This document shows, piece by piece, positions 13,286 through 25,836 of a DNA stretch of 64,000 nucleotides (position 1 is the stretch's first letter; every line of letters starts with the position of its first letter). This stretch comes from Felis catus (Eukaryota): positions 198,588,001 to 198,652,000 of the forward strand of contig NC_058368.1 of the NCBI RefSeq assembly GCF_018350175.1, in the 5' to 3' direction. The position numbers and the translations under genes are program-made. The notes beneath the pieces are model-generated. The model had not been told where the DNA came from. It was given only the letters and a program-made list of their open reading frames with translations, and ran no database searches.

Positions 13286-13481
13286 ATTTTAAAATTTTAT
13301 TTATTTTTGAGAGAGAGAGAGTAAACAGGGGTGGGGCAGAGAGAGAGAGAGAGACAGAGGATCTGAAGTGGGCTCTGTACTGACAACAGTGAGCCCAATG
13401 AGGGGCTCAAACTCAGGAACCATGAGATCATGACCTGAGCCCAAGTCAGACACTCCACCGTCAGAGCCACCCAGGCACCCC
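13286..13481 (-). mobile_element. CanSINE with TSD
   Basis: TSD ACAAATCCTAAAT at 13273-13285 and 13482-13494. Confidence 0.93.
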
Positions 13482-13645
13482 ACAAATCCTAAATTTTAAG
13501 CCATATATTATTCTAGATCTTTTCTGATTTTATTCATATTTATTTTTTAAATCCAATGTTTAGTTAGACACTGATATCACAATCATTCTAGCGCCATTAA
13601 AGGTTCTATCATTAAATAAATAATTTTTTTTTTAAAAAGGGGGGT

Positions 13646-13856
13646 CGGCACCTGGGTGGCTCAGTCAATTGAGCATCCGACTCTTGGTTTCAGCTCAGTC
13701 GTGATCTCATGGTTCCTGAGACTGAACCCCATATAGGGCTCTGCACTGGCAGTGCAGAGCCTGTTTGGGACTCTCTCTCTCTTGATCTCTCTCTCTCTGT
13801 CCCTGCCCTGCTCATGCTCTTTCTCTCTCTCAAAATAAATAAACATTTTTTAAAAA
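13646..13856 (+). mobile_element. CanSINE
   Basis: GGCACCTGGGTGGCTCAGTC head, (CT)n, AATAAATAAACATTTTTTAAAAA tail. Confidence 0.92.
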
Positions 13857-15479
13857 GATGCTATCATTAACTCACCAATATAAAATGCTACATTTACCAC
13901 ATTTATTTGTACATGTTCTCACAAGCTTGTTTTTTGGCTTTCTATTCTTTTCTGCTAATTTCTATGTTAGAGTGCCAGCTCCAAAATTAAAAATTTTTTT
14001 AAACTGAAATTTTATGGGATATTTTCCTCCATTTTTACTTCAGTTAAACTTTGAACTTATACCCATTTAAAAATAATTAAAATTTTGTTGAGATGTAGAG
14101 TTACATGTACTTTTTGTATGTATGTTATTATTCAACAAAAATTTTGCCAAAAAAAAAATCTTTGGTACTTTATTTGAAATGTCACTGTTTATAAAACAAT
14201 TTGAGGAGAATGAGCATCTTATACTACCGAAGAATCTTTAAAAGCACATGCTATTTTTCCATTTATTCAAGTATTTTTATGATCCTCAGTAAAGTTCCAT
14301 AGTTTTTAGTTATGCTTCATATACCTTAAATGTATTCTTAGTTTTTATTGTGGTTTATATGTTTGGAAATGTTGTTTTTAATGATTACTGCTTATATATA
14401 AAGGGGTTATTGATTATTTATATTATAAGCAAGATCTTATCAGTACAAACAGTTCAATGTAACTACTTGGATTGTAGTTAAGAATATCCCTGGTAAATAA
14501 TTTTCTATCTTGGAATATTCAATTTAATTTTAATTCTTCATAGATATAGTCACCATATGTTTAGTTTATTGATAAGTGAATTTATGCTCTGTTATGGGGG
14601 CAAGCAAGATTGATCATCTCTCCCAGATAGAAGGCCAGGCTCTTCTGTTCTAATGGATTAGGCACCTGCTAGAACGGTTGGCCAAATTGTTACATGTTAG
14701 CATGATCCCTAGTTCCACCTATGCAGCTGTTCCCACGGAAGTGCAGTGCAGTATGCCCTGCTGAACTCAGGTTCTAGGGTTATTTTATGAATCACAAAAG
14801 AAAGCTAACAAACAATGTATTGATGGCTCATGTGCCAGATACTGTACATATATTATCTCAGTATTCATTATAACCATTCATTCATTCACACAAGAGTCGT
14901 TATTAAACACCTGCTATGCGCCCAGCTCTCAACTTAGAGTTTAGCAGTACAGAAAGACTAAAAAGCAGTTATAATGCTATATGCTATGTGATAGGAGAAA
15001 CACAGTGTTTCACGACTACTTAGCATAAGTACCTAATCTAGATCTGAATTCACAGGGAAGTTTCAGGATGTGAGCTCAAAATTGAGAGGTGGGGGAGAAC
15101 CAGAATTATGATAATGTTAGTAGAAGCAAGGGAACTTTTCTTCCTAGTAGAAGAGAATGTGCCAGGCAGTGGTACTAAATTTGCAAAAGTTAAGGATGGG
15201 GTGGAACAAGGGAAGGAGAGTGATAAGATTTCAGGTTACCCCAAATTGCCTAATTAGTGCCCTGATTTTAGAGTGTTAAGAATTTGGCTGGTGCAATTTA
15301 GCAAGACAATTATCCAAGTGCTAGTGGTCACAGATCACTGCTTATAAGCAAAAAAGTATTTTCTTAAAGCAGACTGTGTTGTTCTCTATATACTTGGAAG
15401 TAAGCCAGCTTTAACTGGAAATTACTTTTCTTAAAGAGAGAACAAAATAAATGGTGGAAACTGAGTTCTACTGAAATCT

Positions 15480-15598
15480 TTTTTTGTTGTTGTTAAGATT
15501 TTATTCTTAAGTAATCTCTATACTTAACGTGGCGTTTAAACTCACAACCCCAAGATCAAGAGTTTCATGCTCCACGGACTGAGCCAGCCAGGCACCCC
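15480..15598 (-). mobile_element. Short old-type CanSINE lacking the (CT)n region
   Basis: GACTGAGCCAGCCAGGCACCCC end; TSD CTACTGAAATCT at 15468-15479 and 15600-15611. Confidence 0.88.
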
Positions 15599-16714
15599 AC
15601 TACTGAAATCTATATAGTCTCATGGTCCTCAAGAGACAATAGATAATCAATCCACTGCTTTTCTACTATATAACCAGAAACATTGACATTCAGCTCTGGA
15701 TCCCTGAATCATTACTGGTCCCCACCTCAGCTTTACTCTGCTAATCCTATATTTTAAGATTCGTTATTTTACCATCTCACTCTTGATTCCAATTACTGAC
15801 ATCTCCCCTTCTCCCTAAAAGGGTCCCTGAAATAAACCAGGGTATAGAAATGGAATCACCAAACTGAGAAAGGGAAAGATAGGGCTGGGCTTTAGGAACC
15901 TACAAAAACCTGGGACTTGAATTCCATCAGGCTTGTCTTTCCCTTCTTCCTTCTCTCAGGATGGAAAACCATGTTTTTTCCCATATGATCAAGATATGAC
16001 TACATCTTTCAAGCTTTAAATCTTACATCTTTAACCACTTGCAAGACACTAACTTGATCTCCTGCCCCCAATTCCAAAGTCCCCAGGAAAAAGGCCTTTT
16101 TAGATTAGGTACCCATCCCTGTCCAGTAAACTATAGGCGGGGAGATGAGTCCTTTTATAATATCTAGCTGCTTCTGTGGTAACCACATGGGAGAGGAGTA
16201 TGGTTCTCTGAAAAGGAGGAGCCTAGGCGCTGAAGGATGGTACTTATAAAGGAAATGGGCAGGTGTTGCTACCACATTGAATATGTACGCTAAGCAGCTG
16301 GTTACAAAATGAGATTTTGCCATTTAATATCTTTCAAATGTCCCCTCCACCCAGCTTCCCAGAACCAAAATTACACCATTGTGTCAAGGCATTCGCAAAA
16401 AAGCAAAATGCCTTGTGACATCTCTGGCTTCACGTTGTACTCCCTCCCCTTCCTTACTGTACTTCAGCCAAGGGACTTGTTTCTGTTCTTCAGATTCCCT
16501 CTAATAATTGCCACTTGGGACTTTTAGAGCTACTGTTTGCTCTGGCTAAAGCACCTCGCCTCCCAGACCTTCGTATGGCTGGCTCCATGAGGCTCAACTG
16601 TCACTTTAGAGAGTCCTTCTAGCATTATCAATTTGAAGTAGTCCTCTATCATATTTATTGTCCTAATAACATTTGTCAAGATCTGAAAATTTGGGGTTTA
16701 CTTGTTTTTTCATG

Positions 16715-17100
16715 ATCTGTAGGAAGCTGCAAGCAATAAAAGACCCAACTAAAAGTTGCGTCAATTAGAGTTTATTATCTCACTTAGTAAAGATGTTCAG
16801 AGGTAGGTAGTTTCAGGGCTGGTTATGTAGTTCAGCAATGCCATCAAGAACCTGAAATCAGATCTTTCTGCTCTGCCACCTTCCAAGTGTGGTCCATGTG
16901 GCCTCTCATGGAATCAAGAGAGCTGCAGAAGCCTACACACATCCCAAAGTAGGACAGAAGGAGTCGGAACTTCTTGCACATCGAAGTGGGGAGGAAACCC
17001 GGAAGCATCCTTCCACTGAAGCTGCAGTGGCTAGAGTTTGGTCGGGTACCTAAACCATAGCCTCCAGGGAGGCTGAGAAAGCTCGTCTGGCACTTTCAGC
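16715..17100. mobile_element. Old MaLR LTR (MLT1J/K/L-like)
   Basis: GCTGCAAGCAATAAAAGACCCAACTAAAA...TTATTATCTCAC...CAGCAATGCCATCAAGAACC motifs. Confidence 0.55.
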
Positions 17101-17416
17101 TCCTTCCATCATGGAGGTGAGCTCTGATAGTAAGGTAGGCAGGGAGGGCAATGGCCAATGGACAAGCAAAAAACGAGGTCTATGACATGGTCTCTGACTT
17201 TTTCTGAACAATGGAAGTTTCACAGGGGAAGGGGCCTGACTCCAAGCCACATCAGACTGAACTTAACAGCTCTGTTAGCCTATAAATTCCCCTTATTGTT
17301 TAAGCTCCCATTTGAGTTTTATCCCATTATTTACAACCAAAAGTATCCTAAGTGATAACCCAACACAATCTGATATACTGATGTAACCCAGGCAATCTTT
17401 GGGCAGCACCAACAGG

Positions 17417-17664
17417 CAGGGCCGGTTATGCATAAGGCACCACGGGTGCAATGCCCAGGGCCAACAATATATGCAGGAGCCCATGCACATGTTTCATTCT
17501 TATTTTTCTTAAAATTCTTGGGGGAAAAATAATAATCCAGGCTGGATTATATTTGTTTTTTCTTCCAATGCAGTTGTACAATATCATCTTTTATATTTTT
17601 GTATGGAGGAAGGGGGCCACCAAAGTAAAAGTGCCTAGGGCTCTCTAAAGTCATAATGTGGTCC
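17417..17664. mobile_element. MER96-like hAT-Tip100 fossil
   Basis: CAGGGCCGGTTATG...AAAAGTGCCTAGGGC...AAAGTCATAATGTGGTCCT, with imperfect terminal inverted repeats. Confidence 0.6.
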
Positions 17665-18010
17665 TTCTTTCATAAACCATGATTAGATTATAAATTTATC
17701 TTGGGAAGTCAATATAGGACACTTTGGAATTGAGAAAGATATTAAGGGATTCTGGTAATAGAAAATCAAGAAAATAGTCCTATGAGTCAGAGGCTTTTTT
17801 AGACACACAGTCCTAGCCAAGATGTTCTAATGGGAAGTCCTGAAAACCCAGGGGCTAGTGAGATGGTCCTGGGAACTAGAGAGAAGGAAATATTAGAAAT
17901 GTGGGGACATGGGCCACGGAAGGAAAGGAGGAGAAGGGAAGAAGCCGAAAATGGACAAAGGGCATAAATATAAATAATTTCTGAGTATTAGCAATGGACT
18001 TGGTTATAAA

Positions 18011-19922
18011 CTCTCTACTTCTTCTGTTACCTGAGGACCGTGGCTGCTATTCTAGGGTCCCAGCATCTCCCCACTTTTGGAACAAGCTCTCAGACTGTGC
18101 TTGTGAATCCGTCTGCAATCAACATCTGGGGTAGATTGTGTTATATTGTGAGTTACTGTGTTCTGTCCTTTTCCTTATTATTATAATTTCAGGGTCCACA
18201 TGTGGTAAAATTAAAGGGGAAAAAAAACCACCCCGCCAGATTAGAGATTTGTAACTGTGCTTTTATTACTCCTGGGAGGTTCTGGCTACTCAAAATAAAG
18301 CACAGGAAAAATGTTTTAAGAACTTAGTCACTTTAATTTTAAAATGGGTGCAGCGGCTGCGGGATTTTGCAGCGCTGAGCTCCCTCCACGGCGCCATCTC
18401 TCACAGGCTTCTTGATTCTTGCAACTGGACAGTGAGAGGTTTTGAATAGGTCATCTCTAGAGCTCCTTCCAGCTCCAAAATTATGCCAACTTTGCAGATC
18501 ATGTAGCAAGAGAGTAGTTTTGTGGAATCAAACCCAAACCCAAAGAGTTGCAGGTCTGGGAAGGCTCAAACCACCATCAGGCACAGCAGTTCCTTCACAC
18601 GGTCCCGCTGCGGGCAGCCTCTCTTTAGGACCAGTGCGTCAAGTCCAGTGGCCCCGCGCGCACCAGCAGCGCTGCGGAAAGACTGCGCGAGGTGATCGCG
18701 TGGTGTCCTTGCCTGGCTATTCGAGGTGCACACCAGCATGCAGCCGGGGACGCTTGCTGTGGCTGTCCTCTTAGGACCCGCCGCCCCACTGCTGTCTCCC
18801 TCCCGATGCACACAGACCACTAAAACTTCCCTGGTTCTTTGTCCAAAAAGGATAGCAGATTTGAGATCCTGTGCCCACATTTTGCTGTTCAAAAATCGAT
18901 ACGTCCTCTGCAAATGGATAGTGGTGATCGTTGCACAACATTATGAATGTACTTAATGCCACTGAATAGTACACTTGAAAATGAGACAATGGAAAAAGAA
19001 ATCGATTCAAAAATCAATGATTCATTCTTTTTTTTTTTTTTTAACTTTCTCAGCCCATTTATTATCAAAATCCTTATTGTGTGTTTTTCCTAGAAGTTCC
19101 GTGGGCCATATCTCCAGGAAGTGTTGGAAATGTAGGGCTGTTAAGGAAGAATGCTGTGACAGCCACCACTGTGTGTGGGAGTGAGAGGCTGCCAAGGGCT
19201 ATTCTCCACACAGGGGTGCTGATAGCTAATCTCCACATTTTAATTGTGACGCCATTTGAGCATCTTTGTTCCCAGGCTCCTTTGTTCCATCTTCAAGCAG
19301 CTGCTCATTGAACCTGATGATCTGCCCACGTTACTTTCCCAGCCTTCAAAAAAGAAACCAAACTTCGGTCTGCTTTAGCTTTCATTTTTTGTTTTTTGTT
19401 TTTTTGTTTTTTTGTGTGTGCCAAATATAGCATATGGAAAAGTGCATACACCAGATGTGCACTCTAGTGACTAGTTATTAAATGAACGCTCGCGGAGTTA
19501 CCAGTATTAAAGAAATAGAAAACTGGCGTGTCCCAGAAACCCCCTGTGAGTCTCTACACTTTTCCAACCTCCTCCCCTCTTCCTGAGTAAAGACTTAGTA
19601 CCATAAAAGCCAAAAACAAACAAACAAACAAAAAAACCCAAACCAAAACCAAACCTGCTTTGTCCTTATTAATTTCACCAGCTGTGTATACTTTACCTAA
19701 CATCGTTCTTGAACTTAATAAATGGAATCGTGGTGTTGGATGTAGCTTGTTCTTTAGCCACGTCCTTTACCCTTTTAATATATGGATCTCTTTTGTACAT
19801 TCATTCTCTATTTGTGATACCTTTAGAGAAAACTGAGCTATGTCACGCGTGATTGCAGTGCTAAGAGATTAATTGCTTCCTAGTATTTCATTATTAAAAA
19901 CTCTCTCTACTTCTTCTGTTAC
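18011..19922. repeat. Exact 20-bp direct repeat flanking a 1872-bp block
   Basis: CTCTCTACTTCTTCTGTTAC at 18011-18030 and 19903-19922. Confidence 0.9.
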
Positions 19923-20593
19923 ACTGATATAGCTGAGCAGGAAATGAGATGTGCCTTTGCCCAGGGGTGACATTCAGAATAGTTAATGAGTCAGCAGGGG
20001 CACCCATCAATCAGAACAGACACTAGGGGAAGGCAAGGTGCTGTTATAATGGGCTAGTCTCTACTAACCGCACATCAACCCTCCCTGGGCCCTTACTGTT
20101 CCCTCTACTGGCATTTGCCTATCCTTCAGGGTCTATAACAGGGTCCGAATCCCAGCTTAGTCTCAAACTTAACAGCATAAGTTGGACAAGTGACAAACTC
20201 AGTTTTCTTATCTATAAAAGGAGGAGGTTGGGTTAGGATATTTCTGAGGATTCTTCCAGATCTAAAGTTCTGTGACTGAAAGGGTCTCATTTATTGTATC
20301 TGTTATATGACACTCCTCAGTCTGTGCATTCCTGCTGTGTTCAACTATTCACCGGATAAAACTAAGCATCAAGATATCAGAATCAGGCCCTGATATAAGT
20401 TCTTTATACCTCTGAGTCCTTGGAAAGTATAATTCATGGAATCTGTTAAATGAGTGTTTGATGGATTAAGTCCCACTTCTGTGATACTACCCCCAGCTAC
20501 TCTGATCTGTTCTATTTTTTTCTGAAATTCTCTATCAGTCACTTGACTTCCAATCGTAGGCTTCCTCTTAATTTTTCATTCTATGAAGTTAAA

Positions 20594-20776
20594 TTTATTT
20601 AATTTTTTTTTAATTTTAGAGAGAGGGTGTACAAGCAGGAGGGGAGGCAGAGGGAGAGAGAGAGAATCTTAAGCAGGCTCCATATTCAGTGCAGAGCCCA
20701 ACGCAAGGCTCGATCCCACAACCTGCACTGAAATCAAGAGTCAAATGCTCAACCAACTGGGCCACCCAGGTGCCCC
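20594..20776 (-). mobile_element. CanSINE with TSD
   Basis: TSD TGAAGTTAAA at 20584-20593 and 20777-20786. Confidence 0.92.
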
Positions 20777-20963
20777 TGAAGTTAAACTGTTAAATGCATA
20801 ATCTCATTTCTAAAAAGCAAGACAACAAATTCTCTGGGAAGCCTGCACCCTCTTTGCAACAATACCAGAACCTAGACTTCAGTAATGTCCTATGTTTATT
20901 GAATAAATGGTTGGCCCTGTGCCATAGAAACATGACCCCTTCACCTAGAAGGGTATCGAGCAC

Positions 20964-21236
20964 TGGCTTAGTCCTTTTGGTCTGCTATAACAAAGTACCA
21001 TAAGACCGGGGAGGGGCTTAAACAACAAACATTTTATTTCCCACATTCTGGAGGCTGTGTCTTCATATGGCAGAAGGGCAAGGGACCTCTTTTATAAGGG
21101 CACTAATCCCATTCATGAGGATTCCACCCTCAGGACCTAATCACCTCTCAAAGGCCTCACCTCCTAACACCATCACATTGGCCTTAGAATTTCAACATAT
21201 ATATTTGGGAGGAGCACAAACATTCAATCTTTAGCA
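20964..21236 (-). mobile_element. MLT1A-like MaLR solo LTR (internally deleted)
   Basis: CTTAGTCC...GCTATAACAAAGTACCATA...TAATCCCATTCATGAGG...CAAACATTCAATCTTTAGCA. Confidence 0.75.
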
Positions 21237-23739
21237 TGCACTGCCACCACTCTGTATGATTTACAATAAGAACCTGCTTTGGTTTTTCCACCTTGGAACT
21301 AGGCAGCATAGACCTTTCTGTCAGTCTGGGCAGTGTAAGTATCATGACACAACGTTCTTGAGGTGGGACTTGGAGTTTCTTCTTCATTAGCCGAACTCAA
21401 AAGAATGTCAGCTCCAAGTGGAGAAAACATCGTCAGAAGTTCTGGGTTTTCCTTGTGGGAGTGTAGAAGGACTCTCACTTTTCAGCCTCATCATGACTCT
21501 TAGACCTGCCATGACCCATATCTCAGCACCTCTGGGTGTCTGCGGGGTGACTGAAAAGTCAGTCAGCCTGGTGAGGCAGCTGCGTGCCTGCTCTGGCCAA
21601 GCACTAGACTATTTATGCAAATTAAAAACAGAAGTCTATAAACTGACCCCAGCTGTACTACCTCTAATGATTGCAAGCTGGACTCTTAAGTATGTTGTTA
21701 TTTTTAAAGTCAGTCATTTTCCAGGCCTGCGTTTTGTTTTACCATAACACATAGGCAGTGAGAATTTTCCATCAACTTTAAAAGACGGATGTAATAGACC
21801 CTTAGGGCAGCCTCTTCTGTAAAATTGTTGTGATAACTTCAGTGTATGGGAGTTTCGTCTAGCCCCTTTATTACATCTCAAGGATTTTCATTCTTTGTGC
21901 TAAAGATGCTGGAGAGAGATTGTGGTCAAGATATTTAATCACAGCGAGTGGAATGAAGGAGTCAACCATCCCTGTGTTTCCTGTGTTGTATTATTTAGGC
22001 TTAGTTTGGTTTGCTTTTAAAGTCGCCTTTGGTGCTAAAACATACAGGATGACAGGGACAAGGACTTAATATGGAAACATCTGTTCAATGGCAGAACACA
22101 CTAAAAATAATATAGCAACCAAGAGTCCTGGGGAGAAATCAGAACTTAGAGGGTGTAGGTGCAATGATTATGGAGCACTTTTTTTTTTTTAATGTGAATA
22201 AGCCACCACTTTGGTGCCAAGCATCTGATCGTGTCCTAAACCATAGCCCTGGCTGAAATGATATCTTCCTGGAGAAGTTATAAAAGTAACTGCAGACCAT
22301 TTAGAAGATACCAGAAAGGTATTTTTAAAATTTACTTTAATGAGAAATCACTCCCAGAGACAGCCGTCATGCCTATGCCCTCTGTTCACGCTACTAGTCC
22401 ATTTTAAAGATTCCCCCCCCACCCCCCCACAGATAATTGTGTAGTGTAGAATGGAGACTAACTTAGCAGGTCTAAGGAGAATGGAGATTGGATGGGAAGA
22501 CCCTGGGTCCAAGAAATGTGTAGAGTGGCTCTCCCTCGGTCCATGGACTCTTTGGGGCAGGCCCCGATGGTGACCTAACAGCAAGGCCATTCCAATGTGG
22601 ACCTGCCTCGCCTCACACTCCAGTCCCACACCTTGCAAACCCAGGACCCTGCATTTTGGCACCCTAAGGCAGATGGATGATTCAGTTAGGGAGCTCTCAG
22701 AAATCCCAGCTATCCCTTGTCTTCATCTGCTCCGGACTCATCGATCCTACCAAACTCAATGTGAGCTTTTAAGACACTACTGGTAGTTAACAATACTGCC
22801 TTGTGTACTTGAAAGCTGTTATGGGAGTAGAGCTTCAAAGTGTTCACCATTTGTAACTCTCATCTCGCCTTGTGTCAGCACTCAGGAGTTGTGTGTCCTT
22901 CAGGACAAACAACTATATTGAGTAGTGCTCCAGTGCCCAAGACATCCTCTTACAATACTCAGAAGTCTTGACCCTCTTTTCTCACTCTCAGTAGCAGTTA
23001 GAAAACTTCAGATACGTAGGGAAAGGCCTGCTCCTAAACTCCCTTTGTATGTTATAAGTGTGTGTTCTAATATCTACCTGATATTGCCTTATCTCACCTA
23101 GATACAGTATTAGACCATGGAGGCATCCCCAAAGTTCTGGAGCCATCTTTGTCTCCCCTGTCCATTGTCCCCACATCTAATCGCTTAACCACCTCTTGGT
23201 TTTGCTTTCGTAGTTACCTTCCTCCTCTACTCATGCCTATTACCCTGGTCCCCAACCTCACCTACTTACTCCTAGGTGGGTCTCAATACCTTTACACTGA
23301 GCTGTCTGATTCTAGACTCTTCCCCTACATTCTGTCCTGTTTTCTAGAAACAAATACTATTTCTACAACATTCCCTGAGGAAACTATAATAGGTTCCTCT
23401 CAGAGCTTGATCTCCTCAGCAATGGAATTTAAACCTTCTATCAACCTGCCACATCTTATCTGGTCAGGGTGCTCTCACAACCTTATTTTGCCACTCCAGT
23501 CAGGCTGGTTCTTCCTTAAAGGCCATGCTCAGTCCTGCCTTTTCCAGTCACCTAGAATGTCTCATCCCCTCCTTTAAACCAAGTCCTCTATCTCAAGGCC
23601 TTCTTTCTATGTCCCCCCACTCTTTTGCAGCATTTGAATTTTAGGACTCAATGGTATTTCATTTTTTTTGTACAGTCTAGACCTTAATTGTCCTTCTGCT
23701 GGGACCCAAGTAATCCTTGACTGTTATAGATGCAAAAAT

Positions 23740-23970
23740 TGCTTGGAGTGCTCACTCTGTGCCAGCTGCCATTCTCAGTACTGTATGGCTTTACATGTAT
23801 TAGCTAATTTAATCCAAGTAATTCTAAGGAGGTAGGTTCTATTATCAGCAGTTTACAGATGAGGAGATTAAGGAGATTACTACGGAGAAGTTAAATCACT
23901 TGTCCAAAATCATTCAGCCAATTAAAGGTGGAATGTGAGTTTGAACTTACATGAAATTTGTCTCCAGAAT
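23740..23970 (-). mobile_element. MIR SINE
   Basis: CTCTGTGCCAG...TTTACAGATGAGGAG...GAAGTTAAATCACTTGTCCAA MIR core. Confidence 0.7.
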
Positions 23971-25058
23971 CCAAGATATTCTGCATCCCCTTAGGAGCAG
24001 AGGACTTTTTGTGAGACCACAGAAAGCCAGAGCACCCATCACACAGCACATCTTAATATTGAATTGTTTTCCCTTGGGAATTGGATGCAAATTTATGCAT
24101 CAAGTATGAAGCTACCCTATTTTATGAGGTATGGGATTGATGCTGTCACAATTGCATGTACAATCTTATACCTGAGGTTCTTCCGATTGAAATCTTTTCT
24201 GAGCAAAAGTATATTCAAGTAGTATAAGCAGTTGCCCCCTGAAGAGACTACTCTAGGTTTTGATCATTTGATGGATTGCCCGCACAGCATTTTTCTTTCC
24301 TTGGGACTGATTTTACTTGCTTAATTTCGTGCTTGTCAAACACAATGAGCATGATGAATCCTTCTGAGTTACAGATTTATCAAAAACATCTGTTAATTTA
24401 CTAAAAATGCACCATGGCCTGGATTGTCCCTTACAAAAGCAGGATCTTGTTCATCTGTGAACAGATTTCTGTTTCTTTCTCAAGCGTTACATCTGTGATT
24501 TGTGAAGGTTGGGACATCACTTAGTATCAACTTGCGCGTTTAAACAAGTCATTCTTACCCTTCTTTGTTTTTTCAATGCAAGGGATGTTTTAGTCTTTTG
24601 TAAAATTTAGCGTATCGCTTTTGATGTGATACAAAACAGCATTTCCTCCCTCGGGGTCCCCTGACCCAGCAGTGTCCATTTCTGTTTTAGAATTTCAGAC
24701 AAAGTTTTGTTTACCGGCAGCCTATGGTGCATTCTACACAAAAAATAACAGGAAATTTTAGTAACTCAAATAGAACTACCAAAGGAAAAGTAAGACTTGA
24801 GGAGATTACTACCACTCTCCTATCCCTGTAAAATAGAAATAAACACACCTTAAAGTAACCAACTATCTCATCCCAGACTCAAGACAAAGGCCTTTGTCTG
24901 TAATAAGAATAATCCTCAACAGAGGCTTTCCTGTGTAAAAACAGGCTTGTGTTGTCACATGTGTTTCATTGGTTCATATAATTCTTAAACATCTTGAGAG
25001 TAACTTATCAAGTTTAGGATTCTGGTATGTCAAATCTTTTTCATAAAATTACCTTTGA

Positions 25059-25371
25059 AATTTGAGAAACTTAACAGAAGACCATGGGGGAAGGGAAGGG
25101 GAAAAACTGGTTTCAGAGAGGGAGGCAAACCAAAGGAGACCCTTAAATACAGAGAATAAACTGAGGGCCCATGGGGGTGGAGGGGAGAGGGGGAAAATGG
25201 GTAATGGGCACTGGGGAGGGCGCTTGTTGGGATGTGTACTGGGTGTTGTATTTAAGCGATGAATCGTGGGAATCTACTCCCGAAGCCAAGAGCACACTCT
25301 ATGTTAGGCAACTTGACAGAAAATTATATTAAAAAAAAAAAAAAAAACTAAAAAAGTAAGTAAATAAAAAA
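25059..25371 (+). mobile_element. 5'-truncated carnivore L1 3' UTR with poly(A) and TSD
   Basis: L1 3' UTR motifs and long A-rich tail; TSD ATAAAATTACC(T/A)TTGA at 25043-25058 and 25372-25387. Confidence 0.9.
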
Positions 25372-25639
25372 ATAAAATTACCATTGATATCCTGAGAATG
25401 GAATACTTTGTTATTGCTTTGTACCATAAAATACCCTGTGAACATTATCACTCATACCTGTGAATGATATTCCTCTATACACTCAGTGATTGCAGCCTTT
25501 TCTTGAGAGATTTCAGGAAAGAAACAAAGGCCCACTTTTTCTCCCACCAGTCATAATTACCAAACATTTAATAACTGTTAATTCTCAAAAAAGAATGTTA
25601 GGGCTGACAGAAACAATGCAATATTCAATTTCTTAATTT

Positions 25640-25836
25640 TTTAAAGGTTTTTATTTATTTTTGAGAAAGAGAGAGAGTGCAAGTGGGCGAGGGGCAGAGA
25701 GAGAGGGGACAGAGGGTCCAAAGCAGGCTCCATGCTGACAGCAGACAGCCCAGTGTGGGGTTCGAACTCACAAACCATGAGATCATGACCTGAGCCGAAG
25801 TCAGAGGCTTGACTGATTGAGCTACCCAGGCACCCC
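25640..25836 (-). mobile_element. CanSINE with TSD
   Basis: Full SINE body; TTTCTTAATTTT on both flanks. Confidence 0.92.

Noticed and set aside
19274..19378. Plus-strand exon-like frame LLCSIFKQLLIEPDDLPTLLSQPSKKKPNFGLL after TTGTTCCCAG
   Set aside because: Short, unrecognised and ends in a stop; cannot be supported as coding.
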